From assembly GCA_001770205.1 (NCBI GenBank), contig MEQL01000048.1, forward strand, positions 62,001-92,382: a DNA stretch of 30,382 nucleotides, given 5' to 3'. Position numbers and translations under genes: made by a program. The notes below the pieces were generated by a model. It was not told the origin of the DNA. It was given only the letters and a program-made list of their open reading frames with translations, and searched no databases. Every line of letters starts with the position of its first letter. Within the stretch, counting starts at the first letter, position 1. Positions 8,137-18,079 of the stretch are shown in pieces. The DNA is from Bdellovibrionales bacterium RIFOXYD12_FULL_39_22. Lineage in GTDB: Bacteria; Bdellovibrionota; Bacteriovoracia; Bacteriovoracales; Bacteriovoracaceae.

Positions 8137-8925
8137 TCAGATAACCGTATTGCTTATCCCAAAGTTTTTCCAAAAAATGCGCTTGGCCTCCACATTTCCT
8201 GCTGGTGATTTTTTTCCAGTTATTTTTTCTAAAGAATAGTCAATCTCTTGAAAAATATCACTATATTTTTTATTGGCCGACATTTTAAGCAATGCCTCCT
8301 GGGCCTTGGTAAATTTAAGATCTCCAACAACTTTTATGGCCTCTTTAATTAAATTTGTTCGTTTAGAGGTTTTAGAATCTTTGCTGGCGTAGTAATTTTT
8401 CTTATCATACAACATTGCCCAAACATTAGCGGAATAATTGGCCAAATTTAGATGGCGAATATTTTCTAGTGCCTGCAAGCGGACAATAAAAGAGTTGTCT
8501 TTTAATAACGCCGCATAGCGATCTCCATATTTTTCTTGGTTTAATGCTAACAATGTCTTCAAGCTGGCCATTCGCATAATCCAGCTCGGATGCTCGGTAA
8601 ATTTAGCAATAAATGGAGCAGACTTCTCCCCCATAATTTTCCCTAAAAGGAAAGTGGCAATCCATCTATTCTTATCCGCAAACTTTCCACTTTTCATCAC
8701 TTCAATCAAAACAGGAACGGCCTTTCCTCCAAGCTCCAAACTTTGTTTTTTTATCTCTAGCAATTGTGTTTTGGATGGATTGTTATTTTCATAAAGCCTC
8801 AAAAGAGTTTTTTCTGCACTTGCCCGCTCTAATTGAGACTTATTTTTTTTAGAATCTATGCTCCCATACGAATCCATCGACATGGACAACAACAACAAAG
8901 TAACAAATAAATGGCCAAGTTTCAT
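8137..8925 (-). CDS. Exported HEAT-repeat protein
   Basis: Signal peptide. Repeated helical units: AVPVLIEVM, RWIATFLLGKI, MRMASLKTL, VRLQALENI. Confidence 0.7.
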   Translation of the reverse strand: MKLGHLFVTLLLLSMSMDSYGSIDSKKNKSQLERASAEKTLLRLYENNNPSKTQLLEIKKQSLELGGKAVPVLIEVMKSGKFADKNRWIATFLLGKIMGEKSAPFIAKFTEHPSWIMRMASLKTLLALNQEKYGDRYAALLKDNSFIVRLQALENIRHLNLANYSANVWAMLYDKKNYYASKDSKTSKRTNLIKEAIKVVGDLKFTKAQEALLKMSANKKYSDIFQEIDYSLEKITGKKSPAGNVEAKRIFWKNFGISNTVI

Positions 8926-8951
8926 AAAGTCCCTTTTTTAAGTGCAAGACA

Positions 8952-9893
8952 CTAGCCCAGCATTTTTTCAAACTCACTAAGAAGTTCCTCGGCAGACTTT
9001 TGTTCTCCATCACCGGCCGGAATTTGCGCTATTGGATCGGCCGCAACTTCTGCGGGCGCAGCTTCAGCTGGAGCAGCAGCGCCTCCCCCAATTGCTGCCG
9101 CCATTTGGGCCTCAAAATCTTCCTCGGGCGGCGATGCTACCTCCACTTCAGCTGCTTTGGCCGGAGGTGGTGGCGAGGCCACAGGAGCGGCGGCCACAGC
9201 ACTGCCTCCCCCCTCATAGGCGGCCAGCGATTTCTTTAGCTGCTCATTTTCTTGCTGTAATCTTTTTAGATTCGCCAAATCCTCTTCGATAATTTCATAC
9301 TCTTGCAATTTTTCCAGCAATTCTTCTTTTTCTTTGCTTACTTTAGCGAAGTTGGCCGCCAACTGCGGATCACCACCACCAGTTGCCGGCCTACTTTCTG
9401 CTGCTTTTAGCTTTGCTTGCAAGGCCACCAGTTCAGATTTTAAAATTTGAATTTCTTCATCTTTTTCTGCGCTAACATCTGAGCCTGATTCATACTTGGC
9501 AATTTTGGCCTCTAAATCTTTAATCACCATCTCTTTTTCTGCTACTCGTGCATGCAAAGCAGAAATCTCTGCATTTTTCTGATTCATCTGCGCCACCGAA
9601 ACTTGCCCGGACGGCAAATCTTTTACCGGAACAACTGAAGGAATCCCCTCGCCAACATCCAATCCTCCGCCTCTAAAAAGCGATGATTTTAAAGCAGTAG
9701 AATTTTGAATAATTGAATCAAGATAATTTTTAACAATGCTGGCCGGAATTTGATGACTGAGCTGATGAAACTTTCGACGATTATGAATCCAGTAAAGCAC
9801 TAAAACACACGTAACAAAAACCCACAGGAGAACGAAAGTCGTAATTGTTTCGTCAGTAAACTTCGTAAGCACTAAGTTTATAATATCTCTCAC
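8952..9893 (-). CDS. Membrane-anchored coiled-coil protein of unknown function
   Basis: One N-terminal TM, two heptad-rich segments, an Ala/Pro/Glu linker and a C-terminal amphipathic helix. AGGAGG 5 nt upstream favours GTG 9893 as the start. Confidence 0.8.
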   Translation of the reverse strand: MRDIINLVLTKFTDETITTFVLLWVFVTCVLVLYWIHNRRKFHQLSHQIPASIVKNYLDSIIQNSTALKSSLFRGGGLDVGEGIPSVVPVKDLPSGQVSVAQMNQKNAEISALHARVAEKEMVIKDLEAKIAKYESGSDVSAEKDEEIQILKSELVALQAKLKAAESRPATGGGDPQLAANFAKVSKEKEELLEKLQEYEIIEEDLANLKRLQQENEQLKKSLAAYEGGGSAVAAAPVASPPPPAKAAEVEVASPPEEDFEAQMAAAIGGGAAAPAEAAPAEVAADPIAQIPAGDGEQKSAEELLSEFEKMLG

Positions 9894-9955
9894 CAATTCC
9901 TCCTGAATTTATGTCGAGCGCCAAATCACCGTCAGTCATTAATGGCATTACTAAA

Positions 9956-9985
9956 ATTATACGGGGATAGTAAAATTATTGTCAA
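9956..9985 (-). promoter_or_regulatory. Consensus sigma-70 promoter for the coiled-coil/HEAT gene pair
   Basis: Minus strand reads TTGACA-ATAATTTTACTATCCCCG-TATAAT: both hexamers perfect, 18-bp spacer. Confidence 0.8.
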
Positions 9986-10108
9986 CCGAACAAAAAATTC
10001 AACATTACTAAAGTTGTCGGATAATACCTTTCCATTTTCTCCGCTGCTGGGGAAAATTACACCTGTTTGCCTCTAAGCGATTATCGTGCTAAAAATTATC
10101 CATTATTT

Positions 10109-11437
10109 ATGTTTGACTCCGAATTCACCATTGATACTAATTCCAAGGCAACGCTGGTTTCCATGACTTGTCCTAAAATGGAAAACTATGCTACCCCAGA
10201 GCTTACCAAAAAATCACTGGATGAGATGGTTGAGCTTTTGCGTACATTGGGCGTTGCTACCACCGAAACTTTTGTCCAAAATAAAAAAACCGTTGATCCG
10301 GCCACCATCATTGGAGTGGGGAAATTAGAAGAAATTGCGATATCCGCTAAAGAGCACGGCTCTGAGCTTTTAGTTTTAGATTTTGAGCTTACCGCCGGCC
10401 AGATAAAAAACATCCGTGAAGTCACCAAAATGGCAGTAGTAGATCGCTGCCATGTGATATTAGAAATTTTTGCTAAACACGCACGCACCAAAGAAGCAAA
10501 AATTCAAATCGAAATTGCACGATTAGAATATATTCTTCCTCGTCTAACTGGTTTTTGGTCCCACCTCTCTAGGCAAAAGGGCGGTATCGGCGTTATGAGT
10601 GGCGAGGGCGAAAAGCAAATAGAGCTAGATCGACGAATCATTAAAGATCGCATTAAATTTTTCAAGCAAGAGCTAGAGGATGTGATTGTCTCTCGCGAAC
10701 AACAACGCAAAAAACGACAAAACAAGGCAATCACCGCGGCCCTAATTGGTTACACCAATACAGGAAAATCCTCCATCATGAATAGACTCTGTCACGTCAA
10801 TATTCTGGAGGAAGATAAACTTTTTGCTACGCTGGATGCCACCTACCGAACACTAAACCCCGACACCAAACCGCCCATGATTTTAATCGATACAGTCGGT
10901 TTTATCTCCAACCTACCCAATACCCTAATTGATGGCTTTAAAACAACTCTTGAATCGGCCATTGAGGCAGATCTTTTATTGATTGTCTGTGATATCTCCA
11001 GTCCGAATTATCAAGATCAACTTGAAGTCACTAAGCGAGTAATGAAAGAATTAGGCGTCGATAAAAAAGATCAACTTATTATCTTCAATAAAAAGGATAA
11101 ACTTGATAATTGGCAAACGTCCAAGATCATTTCGCGGGTTTATCCTAATAGCTTTGTGGTTAGTTCATATGACGAAGAAGATATGAATAAGCTACAAGAG
11201 CATATCATCAACTTTTTTTTAAGCAAGCAAAGTCACTATGATATTTTTATCCCCTACGAACTAGGAAATCTTCACTCCGTTGTTATCACCAATACAAATA
11301 TTATCAATCGCGAAAATCATGAAAAGGGAATTTTTTATCGCCTCTCTGCGCCGGACTTTATTTTTAACAATCTAGGTCTCTCCAATTACATCTTGGCCCC
11401 CAACGATCCAATTCGCCAAGAAAAGAAAGTAGATTAG
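10109..11437 (+). CDS. hflX: Ribosome-splitting GTPase HflX
   Basis: G-GKLEEI, DR--VILEIF--HART-EAK-QIE-A-L-Y-LPRL, GEGEKQIE-DRR, GYTNTGKS, DKLFATLD, DTVGFI, NKKD. Start taken at ATG 10109; the track extends to TTG 10067. Confidence 0.95.
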   Translation: MFDSEFTIDTNSKATLVSMTCPKMENYATPELTKKSLDEMVELLRTLGVATTETFVQNKKTVDPATIIGVGKLEEIAISAKEHGSELLVLDFELTAGQIKNIREVTKMAVVDRCHVILEIFAKHARTKEAKIQIEIARLEYILPRLTGFWSHLSRQKGGIGVMSGEGEKQIELDRRIIKDRIKFFKQELEDVIVSREQQRKKRQNKAITAALIGYTNTGKSSIMNRLCHVNILEEDKLFATLDATYRTLNPDTKPPMILIDTVGFISNLPNTLIDGFKTTLESAIEADLLLIVCDISSPNYQDQLEVTKRVMKELGVDKKDQLIIFNKKDKLDNWQTSKIISRVYPNSFVVSSYDEEDMNKLQEHIINFFLSKQSHYDIFIPYELGNLHSVVITNTNIINRENHEKGIFYRLSAPDFIFNNLGLSNYILAPNDPIRQEKKVD

Positions 11438-11497
11438 ATTAATCTAGCGAAAATATTTTTTTCAATCCCGGAAACCAGGAAAAACCTTCTACTGAAT

Positions 11498-11608
11498 TTA
11501 GTTAATTCTGGTAAAATCAATACCGCTACGAAAATAGAGCGTTGCCGCGACTACAATCATGGTTAAAAACAAAACACCCATCACATAAAGGCCATCTTTT
11601 TGAAACAT
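11498..11608 (-). CDS. Candidate 36-aa single-pass membrane protein (not in the ORF track)
   Basis: Hand translation: MFQKDGLYVMGVLFLTMIVVAATLYFRSGIDFTRIN*, with about 20 consecutive uncharged residues. Starts 32 nt after the receiver gene stop on the same strand. No clear SD. Confidence 0.45.
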   Translation of the reverse strand: MFQKDGLYVMGVLFLTMIVVAATLYFRSGIDFTRIN

Positions 11609-11640
11609 TCTCAAATTATTACGCAGAGAAGATAGGGTGT

Positions 11641-11979
11641 CTATACTATCTCTAAAACCTTTTGCACTGTAAGGGGTAATTCTAAAATAGTGGTAAAATT
11701 GTCAGCATGTAAAAGTTGTCCACGCTCTCGTTGGGAAAAGGCGGCCTTAGTAATTGAGGCAATCTGAGGATCGGCCAAATCTTCAAAAAATGCCGGGAAT
11801 TTTTTTTCAATATAATCATAGTCTACGATAATCATATCTGGCCTAACATCTTTAATAAAAAACAGGGCATCGGTAACATCTCCATAAAAGGTCGCCTTAT
11901 GGCCAACACTTTCTAAGCTTGCCTGCAACATATATCTCTTCATCGAAAACTCATCTAAATATAAAAATATCTTTTTCAT
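11641..11979 (-). CDS. Stand-alone response-regulator receiver (CheY-like) protein, degenerate
   Basis: 112 aa. LYLDE acid pair, PDMIIVD phospho-Asp, AFS. The expected KP is LP. Confidence 0.7.
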   Translation of the reverse strand: MKKIFLYLDEFSMKRYMLQASLESVGHKATFYGDVTDALFFIKDVRPDMIIVDYDYIEKKFPAFFEDLADPQIASITKAAFSQRERGQLLHADNFTTILELPLTVQKVLEIV

Positions 11980-12002
11980 ATCATCCGCAACAAACTAACA
12001 TT

Positions 12003-12034
12003 AAAAAAAGGGGCCATCCCATGATGGCCCCTTT
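12003..12034 (-). terminator. Intrinsic terminator of rpsA
   Basis: Minus strand AAAGGGGCCATC-ATGG-GATGGCCCC-TTTTTTT, starting about 30 nt after the rpsA stop. Confidence 0.92.
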
Positions 12035-12066
12035 CACAATTACCTCTGTAAATTCTAGCGTCAAAC

Positions 12067-13794
12067 TCAGCTTTTGGCGTTAAAATCTTTTAGTTTATCT
12101 GCCAAAGTTGAAGGCCGTACTTCCTCTTGTGTATAGGCAGTACCTCGTTCCTCTGCATTTTTAGCGGCCTTAATAGAAAGGGCAATCTTCTTTGAATCCT
12201 TATCCAAAGAGATAACCATGGCCTTCGGCTTATCCCCTTTATTCACTATGTCCGATGGCCTTTCAACGCGCTCTTCTGATAGCTCAGAGATGTGAATCAA
12301 TCCCTCAATACCAGTTTCTAACTCAACGAAAGCTCCAAAATCGGTAACACGAACAACTGCGGCCTCAATGATAGTACCAACAGGAAGGCGCTCTTCAATT
12401 TTTTTCCAAGGATCTTCCTCTAACTGTTTAACCCCTAGACAAAATTTTTGATTTTCTACATCGATAGAGAGAACTACTGCATTGATATTCTGTCCTTCTT
12501 TGTACTCCTCACCTAAATTTAGATTTTTGCGTACCCATGAAATGTCTGAGATATGAATTAGCGCATCAATTTCCTCACCCAAATCAATGAAAAGGCCAAA
12601 ATCAACTACGGACTTAATACGCCCAGTAACTTTGCGACCGATAGGATATTTCTTGCCTAAATCATTCCACGGATTTGGCATTAATTGCTTAAGGCCTAGC
12701 GAGATCCTCTTATTATCAACATCAACATCGATAACCTGTGCCTCTATTCGCTCGCCAATGTTGAACTGCTTTTGCGGATTCTTAATCTTTCCAGTCCAGC
12801 TCATCTCTGAAACGTGAATCAATCCTTCAATACCGTCATCTAGTTCAATGAAGATACCGTAATCTTTAACAGATACAATCTCACCGCTAACTTTAGCACC
12901 TGGTTGATAATTATCTCTTGCTCGTTCCCATGGATTTTCTTGAACTTGTTTTAGGCCCAAAGAAACACGCTCTTTTTCTGCATCAAATTTCAAAATTTTA
13001 ACTTCAATCTCTTCGCCAACTGTTAGAATGTTATTTGGATGCTTAACACGTCCCCAAGACATATCGGTGATGTGTAACAATCCATCAATTCCTCCAAGAT
13101 CGATGAAGGCGCCGTAATCGGTAATGTTTTTAACGATACCTTTAACAACCATTCCCTCTTGAATTTGATCCAAAATTTCTCCGCGTAACTTACCTCTTTC
13201 TTCTTGCAAAATAGCACGACGAGAAAGAACAATATTTCCACGTTTTTTGTTAAATTTAATAACTTTAAATGACATCTTTTTACCAATATACTTATCGAGA
13301 TATCTGGTTGGCCGAAGATCAATTTGAGATCCTGGCAAAAATGCCTTAACACCAATATCAACAGACAATCCGCCTTTGACTTTTGCAATAACGGTTCCAT
13401 CAAGTGGAGTTCCCGATTCACAGGCCTCAGAGATTTTATCCCATGCCTTTAAAATTTCTGCTTTGTCTTTTGATAAAACCAGGTTGCCCATGGTGGATTC
13501 AAGTTTTTCTAGATAAACCTCAATTTTGTCGCCCTCTTTAATTTTTAGAGTTCCGTCAAAATTTAAAAACTCCTTAACTGAAACTAGTCCCTCTTGTTTG
13601 TAGCCAATGTCTACCGTTACATAGTCTTGACCAATTTTGATGATAGAACCATTAAATACGTTGCCTTCTTCAAAGGACTTGGTTTCTGCCGAGTTTAGCA
13701 GAGCACTAAAATCAGTTTCTACCTTTTTTTCGATGTCCTCTCCGACAACTACTTCATACCCTTTCATCCAGTTCTGTACTACGTTCGTTTGCAT
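12067..13794 (-). CDS. rpsA: 30S ribosomal protein S1
   Basis: Six S1 domains (AFLPGSQID, YGAFIDLGGIDGLLHITDMSWGR, GIEGLIHVSEMSW...). Start set at ATG 13794, with AGAGGT 6 nt upstream. Confidence 0.97.
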   Translation of the reverse strand: MQTNVVQNWMKGYEVVVGEDIEKKVETDFSALLNSAETKSFEEGNVFNGSIIKIGQDYVTVDIGYKQEGLVSVKEFLNFDGTLKIKEGDKIEVYLEKLESTMGNLVLSKDKAEILKAWDKISEACESGTPLDGTVIAKVKGGLSVDIGVKAFLPGSQIDLRPTRYLDKYIGKKMSFKVIKFNKKRGNIVLSRRAILQEERGKLRGEILDQIQEGMVVKGIVKNITDYGAFIDLGGIDGLLHITDMSWGRVKHPNNILTVGEEIEVKILKFDAEKERVSLGLKQVQENPWERARDNYQPGAKVSGEIVSVKDYGIFIELDDGIEGLIHVSEMSWTGKIKNPQKQFNIGERIEAQVIDVDVDNKRISLGLKQLMPNPWNDLGKKYPIGRKVTGRIKSVVDFGLFIDLGEEIDALIHISDISWVRKNLNLGEEYKEGQNINAVVLSIDVENQKFCLGVKQLEEDPWKKIEERLPVGTIIEAAVVRVTDFGAFVELETGIEGLIHISELSEERVERPSDIVNKGDKPKAMVISLDKDSKKIALSIKAAKNAEERGTAYTQEEVRPSTLADKLKDFNAKS

Positions 13795-14053
13795 AAAAAT
13801 ACCTCTTTCTATTTTCGATATGCCTTCCACTGAAGGCCCCTACAACTCTTCTACTGAAGAGAATATAAGCATTTTCTGAACCCACAGATGTAGCAGAAAA
13901 TAGCGTGGTAAGTAAAGCAAAATATTGACTTTTAATATCGGCCGGCCACCATCACTTAGGTCTTAATCCTGAGCAATCAATTTGTGTACATATCATCAAA
14001 AGTGTTTTACACAGAAAATGATAAAAAAATAGTTAACGCCAAGGAGTAATCGC

Positions 14054-16084
14054 ATGAATATCTTGCTTGAAGATTTTAAAACCCCATTTCAAGTCGTCCC
14101 TTTTGATAAAATAAGTGATGATGATTTTATTCCGGCCATCAAAGAGGCCATACAGGTGGCACGCACCAACATTGAGGAAATCAAAAATAATAAACACGAA
14201 GCGACCTTCGAAAATACTATTGTGGCACTAGATAACGCAGATCTATTGGCCGAAAATATCTCTTCCATTTTCTTTAATTTACATGGCGCTGACACCAGTC
14301 CAAAGCGTCAAGCGATCGCAAAAGAAATTTCTCCATTATTGGCCGAATTTGGCAACGATGTTACTTTAGATGAAAAATTGTTCGCCAAGATAGAGATAGT
14401 ATACAAAAAACGCAAATCACTAAATCTTAAAAACGAAGAATTGACACTGCTGGAGAAAACCTACAAAACATTTGTTCGCAATGGAGTAGGACTGGCCGGA
14501 GCACAAAAAGAGCGGCTAAGGGCCTTGGATAAATCCATGTCGGAACTAACTTTAAAATTTGGCGATAACTATTTACACGAGACGAATAGCTACCAGTTGC
14601 ATTTAATGAACAAACAGGATTTGTCCGGTCTACCAGATTCTCTGATTGAAGATGCGGCCAATGCCGCAAAAGAAAACAACAAAGAGGGATGGATTTTTAC
14701 CCTAAATTTTCCCAGTTATATTCCCTTTTTGAAGTACGCTGACAACCGGCAATTAAGGGAGACAATGTACAAAGCGGCAGTATCTCGCTGTTTTAAATCC
14801 AATGACTATGACAATCAGGCCATTGTGAAAGAGATCGCCGCTCTTCGCTTTGAACGGGCCAATTTACTGGGATATAAAACTCATGCGGATTTTGTCTTAG
14901 ATGAGCGTATGGCCAAAACTCCGACAACTGTTTTAAATTTTTTAGATGAAATTTTGCGTTACGCTAGGCCCGTGGCCGAGCGTGAGATGGAGGGACTACG
15001 AAACTTCATGAGGGAGCTAGGCCATAATCATCCTCTTGAGCGTTGGGATTATTCTTACTATGCAGAAAAGCTCAAGAAAAAAATGTTCAATTTGGACGAT
15101 GAAGTTTTACGGCCCTATTTTAGACTAGAAAACGTTGTAAATGGCGTTTTTACCGTGGCCAATAAGCTCTACGGAATAACTTTCAAGAAAAATAGTGACA
15201 TTCCAGTCTATCATCCGGATGTTGAAACCTATGAAGTATTAAACGAACAGGGCCGACACTTGGGTATTTTTTATACTGACTTTTTTCCTCGGCCCGGAAA
15301 ACGCAATGGGGCATGGATGACTAGTTTTCGTAACCAACAAAAAATAGGTGGTACTGATTTGCGTCCACACATCTCGATTGTCTGCAACTTTTCACGGCCT
15401 AGTAGCAATCGGCCTTCACTATTAACTTATGGTGAGGTGACTACGCTCTTTCATGAATTTGGCCATGCCTTACATGGACTACTCTCGAATATTACCTATA
15501 AGGGCCTCTCTGGCACTAGCGTCTATTGGGACTTTGTGGAGTTACCATCGCAGATCATGGAAAATTGGGTGGCGGAAAAAGAATGTTTGGATCTATTTGC
15601 CAATCACTATGAAACTGGTGAAAAGATCCCCGCAAGCTACGTAGAGAGCATTAAAAAAAGTGCCACTTTCCATGAAGGATATGCCACTGTTCGCCAACTG
15701 AGTCTGGGTTTGCTCGATATGGGTTGGCATGCTGACAACCCCTCTAAAATTAATAATATTTTAAATTTTGAAACTGAGATGGGAAAGAAAACCGAGCTCT
15801 TTCCACTAGTGCCAGAAGGTAATACCAGCTGTGGCTTTGCTCACATCTTTAGTGGAGGATATTCTAGCGGCTACTATAGCTATAAGTGGGCCGAGGTATT
15901 AGATGCGGATGCTTTTGAATTTTTTCTAGAAAAGGGAATTTTTAATAAAGAGGTCGCTCACTCTTTTTATGAAAATATTTTAAGCAAAGGTGGAAGTGAA
16001 CATCCGGCCGAATTGTATCGACGCTTTAGGGGAAAAAATCCAGATGTACGGCCTCTTCTAAAAAGAGGCGGATTGATTAGTTAA
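14054..16084 (+). CDS. dcp: M3 family metallopeptidase (peptidyl-dipeptidase Dcp / oligopeptidase A-like)
   Basis: FHEFGHALH zinc motif, DFVELPSQIMENW, HIFSGGYSSGYYSYKWAEVLDADAF, KRNGAWM. AAGGAG SD. No signal peptide. Confidence 0.9.
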   Translation: MNILLEDFKTPFQVVPFDKISDDDFIPAIKEAIQVARTNIEEIKNNKHEATFENTIVALDNADLLAENISSIFFNLHGADTSPKRQAIAKEISPLLAEFGNDVTLDEKLFAKIEIVYKKRKSLNLKNEELTLLEKTYKTFVRNGVGLAGAQKERLRALDKSMSELTLKFGDNYLHETNSYQLHLMNKQDLSGLPDSLIEDAANAAKENNKEGWIFTLNFPSYIPFLKYADNRQLRETMYKAAVSRCFKSNDYDNQAIVKEIAALRFERANLLGYKTHADFVLDERMAKTPTTVLNFLDEILRYARPVAEREMEGLRNFMRELGHNHPLERWDYSYYAEKLKKKMFNLDDEVLRPYFRLENVVNGVFTVANKLYGITFKKNSDIPVYHPDVETYEVLNEQGRHLGIFYTDFFPRPGKRNGAWMTSFRNQQKIGGTDLRPHISIVCNFSRPSSNRPSLLTYGEVTTLFHEFGHALHGLLSNITYKGLSGTSVYWDFVELPSQIMENWVAEKECLDLFANHYETGEKIPASYVESIKKSATFHEGYATVRQLSLGLLDMGWHADNPSKINNILNFETEMGKKTELFPLVPEGNTSCGFAHIFSGGYSSGYYSYKWAEVLDADAFEFFLEKGIFNKEVAHSFYENILSKGGSEHPAELYRRFRGKNPDVRPLLKRGGLIS

Positions 16085-16101
16085 TCTGCATTGATTCTAT
16101 A

Positions 16102-17046
16102 CTATTTGGAATGACGAACTAGTTTGCCGGTAATCATTCCGACATTTAACTCTGCTTCTAGTTTGACTAGACGGTGAAACTCATCATTAGAAAACCAAAA
16201 GGTCACCTGACGCTGCTTTTTTATGACTGAAAGCAGGCCACTAGCATTAAGTTTAACTGTTTTAACTTTTTTGCCTGCAATTTCCATATCCTCTCCAGCG
16301 GTAACATCAATAGAAACTAGTTTTGCGCGTGCCTTGTCAACGATGGGAATTTTGTAATGATCACCTTTTTTTAGTGGCAGGCCTGTTAAAAAAATTATGC
16401 TAGATAAGGAGTCTTGAAAAAGTTTGGGAAGCTGTCCAGTAGTACCTTTTTTTGCCTCTTTTTTTTCTTCGATCTTGTCAGAGAAAAAATATCCGGTAAG
16501 TTTATCATGATCAAAAAGTTGAATTTCTCGCAACTTTTTGCCTTTCTCATTTTGCACCAAAGTATGCTTTAGTGGAATAAAACTATCTTTTAAAATGTAA
16601 CTTTCCAGATTGTCATTGGCCTCAAAAAATAGCTTATAAACTGACACCGATTTTAGAGCAGCACTGGCCTTGATTACTTTCTTGTCTGCTACGATCTCCT
16701 CCGGAGTAACTTTAAGCACTAATTCTCCGGCCGTAAGGCCCATGTAACTAATTTCTAAAGTTAATTGTTCCTTGTTGATGGCCTCTTGTTTGAATAGCTT
16801 CCAACTGGCCGCACTAATCCCCTCCATACCCTTTAACTCTGCCAAATACTTTTGATCTTTTTTTTCATCTTTTTTTGATTTTTTAGTTTTGATCCGGCCC
16901 AAATCAACCTGTTTTTCTTCTTTATCGTTTAATCCAAAAAACTTAACCATCTCTTTTTGCCGATCAATATTGGATTCTGCTCCAAGCGAAAAAATGAGAA
17001 TTAAAATAATAATGAAAAATAAAAACAATTTTTTAATAGAGAACAT
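16102..17046 (-). CDS. DUF3108-like exported beta-rich protein
   Basis: Signal/TM N-terminus. E-L---ISY-G--AG, QD-LS, and WFSND--RL-VKLEA----G patterns. Overlaps the lpxK end by 14 bp. Confidence 0.65.
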   Translation of the reverse strand: MFSIKKLFLFFIIILILIFSLGAESNIDRQKEMVKFFGLNDKEEKQVDLGRIKTKKSKKDEKKDQKYLAELKGMEGISAASWKLFKQEAINKEQLTLEISYMGLTAGELVLKVTPEEIVADKKVIKASAALKSVSVYKLFFEANDNLESYILKDSFIPLKHTLVQNEKGKKLREIQLFDHDKLTGYFFSDKIEEKKEAKKGTTGQLPKLFQDSLSSIIFLTGLPLKKGDHYKIPIVDKARAKLVSIDVTAGEDMEIAGKKVKTVKLNASGLLSVIKKQRQVTFWFSNDEFHRLVKLEAELNVGMITGKLVRHSK

Positions 17047-18079
17047 TTAACACCTTCTCCACAAGAGTTTCATAACCTTTGCTAAAATCTATATCCACCC
17101 CTAGATATCTAATTTTATCAGTCTCATAAACTCGGCGAACTTTTACGATATCTTTTTCCGTAGTAATCAATAGCGCATTTGCCTTATCGGCCATATCAAT
17201 TAAGGTCTCAATCTCTTGATAAGTAAAATAGTGATGATCATCAAAGGCCAAGCTACGCACGAGTTCCGCCCCCAATTTGGCCAACATGGCAAAAAAAGAA
17301 TTCGGTGAAGCAATCCCAGAAAAAGCAATAACTCTTTTTCCGGCCAGCAGAGATGGGCCGCTAACTTTCAAATAATTTGTATCAAAAATCCCAGTAGTTT
17401 TATAACTGATGTGTACAAAAGAAATTTTTTCTGAACAATATTTTTTAATCCAGGCCTCTAGCTTATCAACTTTCCCCTTATCTACTTGATCGCAATGGCC
17501 AATAACAATAATATCTGCATCTTTTAAGGCCGTGGGGCCTTCGCGTAAATATCCTAAGGGGGCAACTCGATATCGCTCTAAAGGCAGTAGCGCATCAAAA
17601 AGAACAATATTTAAATCCCGATGAATTTTTAAATGCTGGTGTCCATCATCTAAAAAAACAACATCCGGCCGTTCTGGAGAGAAATATTTTTTTAAGTTGT
17701 CACTACGATTCTTTCCAACTACCACTGCGCCATTTTTTAGTCTTCTGGCCAATAAGATGGCCTCGTCTCCATACTCTACGGGATTAAATCCCAGCTTAAT
17801 ATCACTACGTAAAATTCCCCGCTCTCTTTCCAGCTTCCCCTTGTAACCTCTAGTTAGAATCATCGAACGCTTACCTCGCTCGGCCATAAAATTGGCAAGC
17901 CACAAAGTAAAAGGTGTTTTTCCGGTACCTCCAAAAGTTAAATTACCAATAGAGATAATGGGAACAGCAAATTTATTAGTATGCAAAAAACCATAATGAT
18001 AAGAAAAACGGCGCAGACGATATACACTGTTCCAAGCGAAAGAAAGAGGCGTCAAAAAAGATTCTATCACTTTATTCAT
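17033..18079 (-). CDS. lpxK: Tetraacyldisaccharide 4'-kinase
   Basis: IGNLTFGGTGKTP, TRGY, GDE, LDDGHQH, PLGYLRE, GIASP, DHH, TTEKD-VK. Confidence 0.93.
   Translation of the reverse strand: MNKVIESFLTPLSFAWNSVYRLRRFSYHYGFLHTNKFAVPIISIGNLTFGGTGKTPFTLWLANFMAERGKRSMILTRGYKGKLERERGILRSDIKLGFNPVEYGDEAILLARRLKNGAVVVGKNRSDNLKKYFSPERPDVVFLDDGHQHLKIHRDLNIVLFDALLPLERYRVAPLGYLREGPTALKDADIIVIGHCDQVDKGKVDKLEAWIKKYCSEKISFVHISYKTTGIFDTNYLKVSGPSLLAGKRVIAFSGIASPNSFFAMLAKLGAELVRSLAFDDHHYFTYQEIETLIDMADKANALLITTEKDIVKVRRVYETDKIRYLGVDIDFSKGYETLVEKVLNVLY

Noticed and set aside
13795..14053. rpsA leader or ncRNA in the rpsA/dcp divergent region
   Set aside because: No convincing stem-loops or consensus promoter could be identified by eye.
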